This document shows, piece by piece, positions 36,880 to 49,399 of a DNA stretch of 64,000 nt. Each line of letters begins with the position of its first letter. Position 1 is the stretch's first letter. Under the pieces are notes generated by a model. It was not told the origin of the DNA and made no database searches. It saw only the letters and a list, made by a program, of their open reading frames with translations. The position numbers and the translations under genes are program-made. The DNA is from Takakia lepidozioides (taxonomy: Eukaryota > Plantae > Bryophyta), in assembly GCA_030704615.1 (NCBI GenBank), contig CM060732.1:20460001-20524000 (forward strand), given 5' to 3'.

Positions 36880-37560
36880 GCTTGTGGGTTGGACTCCAGA
36901 CTTGCATCCTTTATGCTCCCACATTTTGCATGTGTCCACAAGGGTATTTTCTAAATTAATATATGGAGCAATCCCAACTCTTATATTGTCCGCATGGACC
37001 TGCTTGCCTCTTTCCAGGGCTTGTATACTGGCACATGCATTGAGAGCACAAATGAATGTGACCCTGTCCGGGGTCACCCATTCCCATTGCATTTGCTCAT
37101 AGATTTTTAAGGCCTCATTGGGATGCCCATGTTTCACACATCCTGCCATCAGCATTGTCCAAGTGACTGTATCTCGGTCAGGCATCTCCTCAAACATTTG
37201 TTGGGCATCCACCGTGCTCCGACACTTGGCATACATGTTGACAAGGGTGTTGCCGACAAAGGTGTTTGGCTTGAATCCACTTTGGATAATGTGGGCATGC
37301 ACCTGCTTTCCCTCTGCCAGGGTTTTCATGTTGATGCACCTTTGTAAGAGACAGATATACATATTGTAGTCTGCCCGGATGCGTCTAGAATGTGCAGCAC
37401 CTCTTTCATTTTTCCCTGCTTACACAGTGCCGACACAATCTCATGCCTGCCAGACAAATTGTTGACTTCCTGTCTTGGCCCTTTATTGTAGAAGTGGTTA
37501 TAGTGGATTTGCCACACCAGCTGCCTATTTGATGTCCAACAAACAGTTGTATCCAATGCA
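36880..37560 (-). pseudogene. N-terminal part of a PLS-class PPR gene, frameshifted and truncated
   Basis: LCKQGKMKEVLHIL / YICLLQRCINMKTLAEGKQVHAHIIQSGFKPNTFVGNTLVNMYAKC..DTVTWTMLMAGCVKHG..PDRVTFICALNACAS. Confidence 0.9.
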
Positions 37561-38259
37561 AACCTGGCACCCTGCATGACTAAACTTCCAGTTGAAAGCA
37601 TTGTGTTCAAAATATCTACAAACTTCAAAATATTTCATAAGGATAGGCCTTTCAAATTTTCTAACAGGGTACATACTTCCTGGATTGATTATCTGCAATT
37701 GACTCTTTAAAAGATTTGTCTTGCTCATTTTAAGTTGAGGATATTGCTCATTCTGCATCTTGCTTTCCTTTGGTGAGTTCCTGAGAAGTTCTGAGCTTCA
37801 CACTGTCCTGGTAATCCAGGCCCATTTGGCCCTGCATGACAGATGGGGCCACAACGGAAGAGGGCAACTCCTTAGTTTCTTGCGAGAGTGGCAGCAATAT
37901 TCCCACTGCCAGTTCTGTTCTGTTCTGTTGTGGTCTTCGTCATAGCATCTCTCCGTTTTGGTTTTATATTATAGTCCTATGCCCATGTAGCTCTCCTAGG
38001 AAGCTAATAAGTTTAACCTACTTACGAAGGGCATAGCTCTATTCCAGAGTTTGTTGAGCCTGTCACAGGCTGTCATTGTCAGCTGCTAGCAGCAAGGCAA
38101 GGATGTATGCATGATTTGTGCAGAGGCATGGATAGCTGAAGGAGTAGGGATAGAGTGTGGGTCCAGATTCATCCAAGGGGACCGGACTTGAAGCTCCAGA
38201 TTACCTATGATTCCCTGTTGGTCAATAGCTACAAGGAACCTGCATGGGTAGATGGTCAA

Positions 38260-39268
38260 CTAAAGGCACATTTGTTTGCATTTGCAGTGCGTGTGCAAGC
38301 CTGGCAGCCCTGGAAAAGTGGAAAGAGGTCCATGGTGACATCGTCAAATCTGGAACTGTACCAGATGTCATTCTGAACACTGCCCAACGCGATGCTTGCA
38401 GGGTATACACAGCAGGGGCACGGGATGGAGACTTTGGAGACCTATGAGCAAATGATGTGCGAAGGGGTGAAGCCCGACCACATCACGTTTGTGTGTGTTT
38501 GCAGTGCGTGTGCAAGCCTGACTGTCTGGAAAATGGCAAAGAGGTCCATGGTTGCATCGTCAAAGCTGGAATTGTACCAGATGTCATCCTGAACACTACC
38601 CTGGTGGACATGTATGCCAAATGTGGGAGCATTGAGGATGTGGAGGGAGTTTTCCACACTATGGCTGAACGAGATTTGGTGTCATGGAATGCCATGCTTG
38701 CAGGGTATGCACAGCAGGGGCGTGTGATGGAGGCCTTGGAGACCCATGAGCAAATGATGTGCGAAGGGGTGAAGCCCGAGCACATCACGTTTGTGTGCGT
38801 TTGCAATGCGTGTGCAAGCCTGGCAGCCCTGGCAAAGGGCAAAGAGGTGCATGGTTGCATCGCCAAAGCTGGAATTGTACCAGATGTGATTCTGAACAAT
38901 ACCCTCGTAGACATGTATGTCAAATGTGGGAGCATTGAGGATGTAGAGGGAGTGTTCAACGGTATGGCTGGACGAGATTTGGAACGCCATGCTTGTAGGA
39001 TATGCACAGCAGGGGCAGAGGAATTGTACCAAATGTCATTCTGGAATTTTCTCTTTGCCACCACAGTGAGAAGCTGGCCATTGGTTTTGGGCTGATTAGC
39101 ACAACCCCTAGGACATCTCTCCGTCTCATCAAGAATCTTTGAGTGTGTGGTGACTGCCACACCTCCACCAAATACATCTCAAAGATTGCTGGCAAGCAAT
39201 TGTTGTACGGACGCTAACCACTTCACCACTTTGAAGATGGGATTTGTTCTTGTGGTGATTACTGGTGA
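38260..39268 (+). pseudogene. PLS-PPR-DYW pseudogene 1 (E domain and start of DYW deleted)
   Basis: About 2.5 P-L-S triplets with frameshifts, then [14 protein letters not shown]...IKNL*VCGDCHTSTK...CSCGDYW* (stop 39266-39268). Confidence 0.92.
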
Positions 39269-39760
39269 AAGGATGTTTTCTCCGAAAGATGCAAGTGTCT
39301 TGCTTCATTCATTGACCTGTGTAGCTACTCAGACCATCCACCATTTCCTGAGAATATTGACCATCATGTACTGTTCAGTGCATTTCCTATCCTAATTCTG
39401 GGTTTGGGTGGTGGAGCTTCTCCAAGGCTTGAAGATGGAAGTGAATACAAATTTTAATGAGCTTGATGAGAGGCGCTGCCCTGTGCACAAGTTTGTTCAG
39501 CATCTTAAATTTGGACATGTTTGTTTGTTTCTCGTGATGTGTCTTTGGATGGAGCCCTTGTCGAACTTGCATGAATATTGTCAAAAGCTAGCCTTAACCC
39601 ACCAAGATCCAATCCCATGGTGGCTGCTTGAAAGTTCATACAGTGAATGTAAGGGTATTTGGGTATGTTGTTATTGGTTGATGCAGCTTGTGAAAATTGA
39701 ACATTGACATGCAGATCCGCCATTTTTCTTCCAGAAAAAAACAAAACACGGGATCTCTGC
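39269..39760. repeat. Post-DYW 3' flank, duplicated at 42123-42661
   Basis: Near-identical sequence through to aaaacaaaacacgggatctctgc; the second copy has a different ~80-bp segment at ~42205-42290. Confidence 0.9.
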
Positions 39761-42122
39761 CCGACCACATCACATTTGTGTCCATTTGCGATGCGTGTGC
39801 AACGCTGGCAGCTCTGGAAAAGGGCGAAGAGGTCCATGGCGACATTGTCAGAGCTGCGATTGTACCTAGTGTCATTCTGAACAATACCCTCGTGGACATG
39901 TATGAAGGGAGTTTTTGACAGTATGGCTGAATGAGATGTGGTGTCGTGGAGGGTGATGATTGCAGGATATGCACAGCAAGGGCGCGGGATGGAGGCTTCG
40001 GAGACCTATGAGCAAATGACGGGGAAGGGGTGAAGCCCAACCGCCTAACGTTTGTTTGCATTTGCAATGCGTGTGCAAGCCTGGCAGCTCTGGAAAGGTG
40101 CAAGGTGGTCCACGGTGACATCGTCACATCTGGAATTGTACCCAATGTCATTCTGAACACTGCCCTGCTGGACATGTATGTCAAATGTGAGTGCATCGAG
40201 GATGCAAGGGGAGTTTTCGTGGCTGAACGAGATGTGGTGTTGTGGAGGGCGATGATTGCAGAATATGCACAGCAAGGGCGCGGGATGGAGGCTTCGAGAC
40301 CTATGAACAATTGATGTGCGAAGGGGTGAAGCCCAACCGCATAACGTTTGTTTGCGTTTGCAATGCGTGTGCAAGCCTGGCAGCCCTGGAAAGGTGCAAT
40401 GAGGTCCATGGTGACATCGTCAAAGCTGGATTTGTACCAGATTTCATCCTGAACACAGCCCTGCTGGACATGTATGTCAAATTTGAGTGCATCGAGGATG
40501 CAAAGGGAGTTTTCGACAGTATGGCTGAAAGAAATGTGGTGTCATGGAGGGCGATGATTGCAGGATATGCACAGCAAGGGGGGGGATGGAGGCTTCGGAG
40601 ACCTATGAGCAAATGATGGGGAAAGGGGTGAAGCCCGACCGCATAACGTTTGTTTGCATTTGCAATGCGTGTGCAAGCCTGGCAGCTCTGGAGTGCAAAG
40701 TGGTCCATGGTAACATCGTCACATCTGGAATTGTACCCAATGTCATTCTGAACACTGCCCTGCTGGACATGTATGTCAAATGTGAGTGCATCGAGGATGC
40801 AAAGGGAGTTTTCGACAGTATGGCTGAATGAGATGTGGTGTCGTGGAGGGCGATGATTGCAGAATATGCATAGCAAGGGCGCGGGATGGAGGCTTCGAGA
40901 CCTATGAGCAATTGATGTGCGAAGGGGTGAAGCCCAACCGCATAACGGTTGTTTGCATTTGCAATGCGTGTGCAAGCCTGGCAGCTTTGGAAAGGTGCAA
41001 TGAGGTCCATGCAGGTGACATCGTCAAAGCTGGATTTGTACCAGATGTCGTCCTGAACACTGCCCTGCTGGACATGTATGTCAAATGTGAGTGCATCGAG
41101 GATGCAAAGGGAGTGTTCGACAGTATGGCTGAAAGAAATGTGGTGTCGTGGAGTGCGATGATTGCAGGATATGCACAGCAAGGGGCGGGATGGAGGCTTT
41201 GGAGACCTATGAGCAATTGATGTGCGAAAGGGTGAAGCCCAACCACATCACATTTGTTTGCGTTTGCAATGCTTGTGCAAGCCTGGCAGCCCTGGAAAGG
41301 TGCAATGAGGTCTATGGTGACATCGTCAAAGCTGGATTTGTACCAGATGTCATCCTGAACACTGCCCTGCTGGACCTACATGTCAAATGTGAATGCATCG
41401 ATGATGCAAAGGGAGTGTTTGACAATATGACTGAACGAAATGTGGTGTCGTGAAGGAAGACGCTACTTCGATTCCCTGAGTCAAGGTCATGGTGTCACCC
41501 CGCCAGTGAAGCACTTTGGCTGCATGGTGGACCTTCTGGACGTGCGGGACAACTACATGAGGCAGTGGACCTGATTAATAAATGCCAATCAATCCAGATG
41601 TTGTGGTGTGGAAGGGCTTGCTTGGTGCTTGCAGAATCCATGGCAATGTGGAGATGGCTGAATGTGTGCCAACATCTATCCTCAAGTGGGATGAACAGGA
41701 TGCCGCGACTTATGTGTTGCTATATCAATATCTATGTTGCAGCTGGCAGGTGGGATGATACTGCAAAGGTGAGAAGAATGATGAAGGTCAGAAGGGTTAG
41801 AAAGGAGCCAGATCACAGAATTAAGGAAATCCATGCTGAGCTGAGTAGATTGTCTGGGCAGATGAAGGAGGCGGGGTATGTGCCTGACACACGCTTTTTA
41901 CTGCATGATGTGGAGGAAAGGAATTTTCTCTTTGCCACCACAGTGAGAAGCTGGCCATTGGTTTTGGGCTGATCAACACGACTCATCAAGAATCTTCGAG
42001 TGTGTGGAGACTGCCACACCTCCACCAATCAAAGATTGTTGGCCGAGCAGTTGTTGTATGGGACGCTAACTACTTTCCACCACTTTGAAGATGGGATTTG
42101 TTCTTGTGGTCATTACTGGTGA
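39760..42122 (+). pseudogene. PLS-PPR-E-DYW pseudogene 2
   Basis: About 5.5 tandem ~300-bp triplets (PNRITFVCVCNACASLAALE / VPDVILNTALLDMYVKC / ERNVVSWRAMIAGYAQQG). These are followed by E-domain remnants, KEPDHRIKEIH (internal deletion), a frameshifted H-SEKLA, IKNLRVCGDCH and CSCGHYW*. Many frameshifts and stops. Confidence 0.92.
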
Positions 42123-43689
42123 AAGGATGTTTTCTTGGAAAGATGCTAGTGTCTTGCTTCATTCATTGATCTGTGTAGCTACTCAGACCATCCACCATTT
42201 CCTGATAGTGGGGTCTACCCGGCATAGGTGGGAAGTCAGCCCACAATTGCACTTGACTGAAGGGGTGATTTTTGACTGATTCTGGTGCTGTCCTAATTCT
42301 GGGTTTGGGTGGTGGAGCTTCTCCAAAGCTTGAAGATGGAGGTGAATACGAGTTTTAATGAGCTTGATGAGAGGGGCAGCCCTGTGCACAAGTTTGTTCA
42401 GCATCTTAAATTTGGACATGTTCGTTTGTTTCTTGTAGTGTGGCTTTGGATGGAGCCCTTGATGAACTTGCATGAATATTGTCAAAAGCTAGCCTTAACC
42501 CACCAAGATCCAATCCCACGGTGGATGCTTGAAAGTTCATATAGTGAATGTAAGGGTATTTGGGTATGTTGTTATTGATTGATGCGGCTTGTGAAAATTG
42601 AATGTTGAAATGCAGATCCGCCATTTTTCTTCCAGAAAAAAACAAAACACGGGATCTCTGCATGTAACATCGTGGGGATGACCCACCCCTTTTTTTGTGA
42701 AAAATTGAACATAGTTCTCAGAATTCGTCGCTAGTAGTGCGAAGCAATGCGAAGCCCTAGTTCTAGCGACGATCGAAGGTCGGAAGCTAGTTTAGCGTAG
42801 AGCAGGAATAGGGTGCCTTAGTGTCACATCATCATCGCCACATTTCGTAGACACGTCATCGTAGCCATGTCATCGTCGTCGCCAAAATTTTATATCTGCC
42901 CGGACTGCCCGCCCGAAAATCCCAAAGCGCCAAGTTTTTTCGGAACGTGCCCGGATTGCCCGGTTCTTGAAGTTCTTGAACTGCAGGAGCTCTGCGTTTT
43001 CCGCCATCGTTCACGTTGCAAGCTGCAAGCACTCAACAGTCTCGCTGCTCAATGCAAGCCGTGGCTTTTCCCTCAACGATCTTTGATCACGTGGAATATA
43101 ATGTTGGCAGGATTTACCGAGCATGGGATGCTTTGGAGACCTATGAGCAAATGAGCGCGAAGGGGTGAAGCCCAACCACATCACGTTTGTTTGTGTTTGC
43201 AATGCGTGTGCAAGCCTGGGAGCCCTGGAAAAGGGGAAAGAGGTCGGATTTTCGAGCACAAACGTCTACCTTGGAGCACGGAGCAGAGCTGGCATGAGTT
43301 TCTTAAACATCCTTCACGATGGTGGGACAACCGCAATCGCAAGGTGTGACTTTTGCTTAATGTACCATGTGAAGAAGTTTTTCCATCGTGCAGATGCTCA
43401 ACGATCTTTGATCACGTGGAATATAATGTTGGTCGAACCCTCCTTGGGTGAAAGCGGAGCTAGCGACCTTTATACCTTGTCAAACATATTCTGCTTATGA
43501 TTCTACTGTTGATGTACACCTCGGCGCTCAATGTCAGGAATCCAAAAGGTATTGTCTTTGAGATTTCCAACTAAAACAGATGGAATTGCTACAAAATGTT
43601 TTCAAAACATTTTTAAGAAACCCGCACTAGAGATCATTCATTTGAGTATTTGAGTATTTTGGATCGGGCTCAATTGTTTGCTGGACATC

Positions 43690-46600
43690 TGACTGCTAAG
43701 AGGGGTAGGACCTTCACTATGACCACTGCTTTGGAAAGAGGACCAAGAGAGGAAGTCAACAAGGGCTTTCCGGGCACTTGTGGGTATGTAAGGACCCTAT
43801 GTAAGGCAGGACAATTGAAAGAGCTGCACATTTTGCACCAACAAGGCATTGTGGCCAATTCAAATACTTACATCTGTCTCTTGTAGGAGTGCATCAACCT
43901 GAAAAAACTAGAAGAGGGAAAGCAGGTGCATGCCCATATTATTCAAAGAGGACCCAAGCCAACCATCTTTCTACTCAACAACGTTATCAACATGTACATC
44001 AAGTGCGGGAGCCTGGTGGACGCACACCAAGTATTCCATCAAATGCTGAATGAGACATTCATATATGGACGAAGATGATGGCAGGTTGTGTCAAGCATGG
44101 ACATGTTGAGGAGGCTCTCAAAATCTATGAGCAATTGCGACACGAAGGCATGACACCAAACAGGGTCACATTCATTTGCGTCCTCAATGGTTGTGCCAGC
44201 ATAGGAGCCCTGGAAAGGGGCAAAGAGGTTCATGCTGATATCCTTAAAGCTGAAATTGCATCTGATATCATTTTGGAGAATACCCTTGTTGACAAGTATG
44301 CCAAATGTGGGAGCATGAATGATGCACATCAAGTGTTTGATAATACGGCTGAACGGAGTGTGGTGTCATGGAGTGCGATCATTACTGGATGTGCCCAGCA
44401 TGGTCATGGTATTGAGGCCCTGCATCTCTTTGAATGCATGCAACAGTAGGGCATGCAGCCAAACAGTATCACTTTTATATCTCTTCTCTCTGTGTGTATT
44501 CATGTGGGCCTAGTGGATGAAGGCCTTCACTACGGTTGTCTGTCTCTTGCTTAAGTGCATCAAGATGAAAGGTCTGGAAGCTGGAAAGCAGGTGCACACT
44601 CACATTATCCAAAGTGGATTCACACCAAGGATGCGAAGGGTTTCAACACTATGGCTGGACAAGATGTTGTGTCGTGGCACGCGATGCACAGCAGGGACGT
44701 GGGATGGTGGCTTTGGAGACCTATGATCAAATGATGGGGGAAGGGGTGAAGCCCAACCATTGTGCGCATTTGCAAGCCTGGCAACCCTGGAAAAGGGCAA
44801 AGAGGTGCATGGTTGCATCGTGAAAGCTGGAATTGTACCAGATATCATTCTGAACAATACCCTCGTGGACATGTATGCCAAATGTAGGAGGCATTTCAGC
44901 AGATTCAGATACGTTTGTCTGTCTCTTGCTTAAGTGCATCAAGATGAAAGGTCTGGAAGCTGGAAAGCAGGTGCACACTACATTATCCAAAGTGGATTCA
45001 CGCCAAGTGTTTTTCTCCTCAACACCCTTGTCAACATGTCAAACCTGGGAGCTCTGGAAAAGGGGAAAGAGGTCCATGGTGACATCGTCAAAGCTGGAAT
45101 TGTACCAGATGTCATTCTGAACACTGCCCTGGTGGACATGTATGCCAAATGTGGGTGCATTAAGGATGCGAAGGGAGTTTTCAACACTATGGCTGAACGA
45201 GATGTGGTGTCATGGAAGACGATGCTTGCAGGGTATGCACAGCAAGGACGTGGTATGAAGGCTTTGGAGACCTATGATGAAATGATGGGGGAAGGGGTGA
45301 AGCCCGACCACATCACATTTGTGTGCATTTGCGATGCGTGTGCAAGCCTGGCAGCTCTGGAAAAGGGCGAAAGAGGTCCATGGCGACATACACTGCCCTG
45401 CTGGACATGTATGTCAAATGTGAGTGCATCGAGGATGCAAAGGGAGTGTTCGATAGTATGGCTGAATGAGATGTGGTGTCGTGGAGTGCGATGATTGCAG
45501 GATATGCACAGCAAGGATGCGGGATGGAGGCTTTGGAGACCTATGAGCAATTGATGTGCGAAGGGGTGAAACCCAACCGCAACACATTTGTTTGTGTTTG
45601 CAATGCGTGTGGCAGCCTAGGAGCTCTGGAAAAGGGGAAAGAGGTCCATGGTGACATCGTCAAAGCTGGATTTGTACCAGATGTCATCCTGAACACTGCC
45701 CTGGTGGACATGTATGCCAAATGTGGGTGCATGAAGGATGCGAAGGGAGTTTTCAAATGGCTGAACAAGATGTGGTGTCGTGGAACGCGATGCTTGCAGG
45801 GTATGCACAGCAGGGGCGTGGGATGGAGGCTTTGGAGACCTATGAGCAAATGATGGGGGAAGGGGTGAAGCCCGACAACATCACGTTTGTGTGCGTTTGC
45901 AATGCGTGTGCAAGCCTGGCAACCCTGGAAAAGGGCAAGAGGGGCATGGTGCATCGCCAAAGCTGGACCTGTACCAGGTGTGATCCTGAACACTGCCCTG
46001 GTGGACATGTATGCCAAATGTGGGAGCATTGAGGATGCAGAGGGAGTGTTCAACAATATGGCTGAACGAGATTTGTTGTCGTGGAACGTGATGCTTGCAG
46101 GATCTGCACAGCAGGACGTGGGATGGAGGACTGGAGACCTATGAGCAAATGATGGGGGAAGGGGTGAAGCGCGACCACATCACGTTTGTGTGCGTTTGCA
46201 GTGCGTGTGCCCTAGAAAAGGGCAAAGAGGTGCATGGTTGCATCGCCAAAGCTGGAATTGTATCAGATGTGATTCTGGACAATACCCTCGTGGACATGTA
46301 TGCCAAATGTGGGAGCATTGAGGATGCGGAGGGAGTGTTCAACAATATGGTTGAACGAGATTTGGTGTCATGGAACGCCATGCTGGCAGGATATGCACAG
46401 CAGGGCGTGGGATGGAGGACTTGGAGACCTATGAGCAAATGATGGCGGTAGGGGTGAAGCGCAACAACATCAAGTTTGTGTGCGTTTGCAGTGCTTGTTC
46501 AAGCCTGGCAGCCCTGGAAAAGGGCAAAGAGGTGCATGGTGACATCCTCAAAGCTGGAATTGTATCAAACGTCATTCTGGACACTGCCCTGGTGGACATT

Positions 46601-47400
46601 TATGCGAAATGTGGGTGCATTGAGGATGCAAAGGGAGTATTTGACAATGTGACTGAACAAAATGTGGTGTCGTGGAATGCGATGATCGCAGGATATGCCC
46701 AGCATGGTTGTCATAGGGAGGTCCTGCAACTATTTGAAGGAATGTAAAAGAACGGCTTGAAGCTGGATAGTATCACCTTATCTGTGTTCTATCTGCATGC
46801 AGCCACACTAGCCTACTGAATGAAGGAAGACGCTACTTCGATTCCCTGAGTCAAGATCATGGTGTTACTCCGACAGTAAAGCACTTTGGCTGCATGATGG
46901 ACCTTCTTGGACGTGCAGGACAACTGGATGAGGCAGTGGACCTGATTAATAAAATGCCAATCAATCCAGAGGTTGTGGTGTGGAAGGCCTTGCTTGGTGC
47001 CTGCAGAATCCATGGCAATGTGGAGATGGCTAAACGTGCAGCAACATCTATACTCAAGTGGGATGAACAGGATGCCACGACCTATGTATTGCTATCAAAC
47101 ATCTATGCTGCAGCTGGCAGGTGGGATGATACTGCAAAGGTGAGAAAAATGATGAAGGTTAGAGGGGTTAGAAAGGAGCCAGGTCGCTTCGGCATTGAGG
47201 TTGGCAACAGGGTGCACACCTTCGTTGTAGATGACAAGTTGCATCCCAAAATTAAGGAAATCCATGCTGACCTGAGAAGATTGTCTAGGCAGATGAAGGA
47301 GGTAGGGTATGTGCCTGATACACGCTTTGTATTGCATGATGTGGGGGGGGAGGAAAAGAAATTTTCTCTTTGCCACCACAGTGAGAAGGTTTTGGGCTGA
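43690..47400 (+). pseudogene. Composite PLS-PPR-E-DYW pseudogene 3 (PG-box type; DYW truncated after HHSEK)
   Basis: An N-terminal PPR block (43690-44520) is followed by about 6 disrupted triplets. Then comes an intact E region MMDLLGRAGQLDEA..WKALLGACRIHG..YVLLSNIYAAAGRW..KEPGRFGIEVGNRVHTFVVDDKLHP..GYVPDTRFVLHDV..LCHHSEK. Confidence 0.92.
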
Positions 47401-47649
47401 TCAGCACGACCCCTACGATGCCTCCTCCTCCACTGAATTTACAATTGCTATCAAACATCTATGCTGCAGCTGGCAGGTGGGATCCATCTGAGTAGCAGAA
47501 TGTTCTCTCTGCATTTTACTAGCGCCTAACAATAAGCTGTATGTCCCATCACATTTCACATGAGCTTGTTCTTCTTTGTACACCAATTTGACACATAGAA
47601 TAGTTTATATAACTACCTGTTATGTGCTACCCTCTTTCTCAAAAAGATG

Positions 47650-47940
47650 AGAGGAAAGGAGATTGTCAATGCCTAATGTGAGGGTGGCCTGAAGACAATA
47701 CCCATTTTCTGCTACAATGTCCGGGGGTATTCTCATCAGGCTGAGCCTGAAGCACTGACCCTCTCTGAACTTGTTTCCAGTCTGTGACATAGGAGAGGCC
47801 ATCATGGATAACCTCAAGGGTTTACGGCACTAGACTGAAATCTAAACTCGGGGCAGGAAGCCTACCTTTGAACAACAAACAGATGCAGTGAGGAAAGAGG
47901 GATTGCAATTACCTGTTGTGTGGGCAACCTGAAGACACAA
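47650..47940 (+). mobile_element. Rearranged LINE 3' fragments (same family)
   Basis: ctgaacttgtttccagtctgtgacat..atcatggataacctcaaggg..actagactgaaatctaaactcggggcaggaagcctacctttgaac matches ~31700-31880. Confidence 0.8.
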
Positions 47941-49399
47941 GGATAGCATTGTGGCCGTGCCCCCAGTCTGGGCGGAACAAGAGCAAACCTTTGTGAGGGA
48001 CTCACTCCAGTAGCAATATCCATCAACATGACTCGAATATTCATCAATGTGAGTAATACGAGCACACTTAAAACGGAAGTTGGGGGCTTAGGAAATAAGG
48101 TCTGCGTCACTGATAATGTTGCCTTGTCTGTACTTCTTAGTTCTTACGGATCAAAGTCCTTCAGAACAGTCTAATCTAGGAAGATAGTAACAGAAACTGG
48201 ATAAAGAACCTGTATGGTAGTTTAGAGCAACTCTTACTTTGTGTAATTATGAAAAGAACATTATGAAGGCCAGCCTTGAGATCCTAGTAACGAATGAAGA
48301 AAGAAAGTAGGTGGGTCTCTTTTGAACATGTTCATGAAAGCTCATAGAACAAACTACCTTCGAAGAGAAATATCCATATCCACATCGGTACTTTTTATCA
48401 AGACAGATTTTGTTCAAAACAATAGTATTTGTCACTGAGCTTATGTAGGCAACTATTTTTTTTAAGAATGCATCTTTGAATATACGGTCGTTATCTATTA
48501 TATCAAAATGCTAATGTCCACCCTAAACAATAAAAACTTGGGCATGTGTATAACTTCAAGTAATATGGAAAAACAAAATGTTAAAGCGGAGAGGCAGACA
48601 AAATAAACGATGTACTCCAGAACAAACATGCATTAAATAAAAGACCACCAAGATTTTTCATGAAACCGTGGCATTAAATAAAAGTCCAAACTATTTGAAA
48701 TCTACACCAATTGCAAATAAAGATGAAAAAAAGATATCATATAAACAACATTCATAATCCAAATCCAAATCTGCTTGTTGTATCAAAATGAGCCACAATC
48801 ATTACACTGGTCAAATGAATCTTGAAATGAAATTGAGAGAAAAAAAATACAGAAAAGAGAAAAATACAGAAAAACAGAGAAATACATAATAGGGGTTCCA
48901 CTCCCACACTTTGTGGGCATAGATAGAGGTAGCTACATCAAACAATGAAATACAGAGATGTGACATACAGAGATGTAAGACCATGGGATGACCCCCCCCT
49001 TTTTGTACCAATTGAATGTAGTTCTCAGAATTCGTCGCTAGGAGTGCGGAGCAACGCGAAGCCCTAGTTCTAGCGACGACCGAAGGTCGAAAGCTAGTTT
49101 AGCGTAGAGCAGGAATAGGGTGCCATAGTGCCACATCATCGTCACCTTGTTTTGTTGCCAGGTCATCGTAGCCAGGTCATCGTCGTCATCAATTTCTTTG
49201 GAACCTGCCCGAAATGCCCGAAAAGCAGCGCGGGGAAGGACCGCCCCCGCGTGCTCGAGCTTTTGAAAGAGGATCGAGAGAGGGAGTCCACAATGCCTCC
49301 TCTAGTACTTCTGCGCATGTGAAGATGCTTTGTGAGGTAGGCAAACTAACAGAGGTGAGGGCACCTTCTTCTTCGACCTATTTGCATATTGAATTCTGC

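Larger units (their letters stand above)
35228..42761 (+). mobile_element. Putative non-autonomous rolling-circle (Helentron/Helitron2-like) unit 1, carrying PPR/DYW and other fragments
   Basis: The left end is ttTTAGCGACCACCGAAGGTCTGAAGCTAGTTTAGCGTAGAGCAGGAATAGGGTGCC followed by gtc/gccac-rich simple repeats. The right end is ...GAATTCGTCGCTAGTAGTGCGAAGCAATGCGAAGCCCTAGT. Confidence 0.5.
42762..49068 (+). mobile_element. Putative rolling-circle unit 2, head-to-tail with unit 1, carrying a PPR-E-DYW array
   Basis: It begins CTAGCGACGATCGAAGGTCGGAAGCTAG (42763) and ends with the same ~85-bp terminus, containing TCGTCGCTAG (49032-49041), a hairpin and CTAGT. A third left end follows immediately at 49070. 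Confidence 0.55.

Noticed and set aside
39760-46750. CRISPR-like array
   Set aside because: The ~300-bp periodicity comes from coding PLS triplets; there is no repeat-spacer structure, and the context is eukaryotic.
38260-47400. U-to-C type (DYW:KP) editing factors or an intact PPR-DYW gene
   Set aside because: The domains show a KEPG box, HHSEKLA and CGDCH typical of C-to-U DYW:PG, and all copies have frameshifts or stops.
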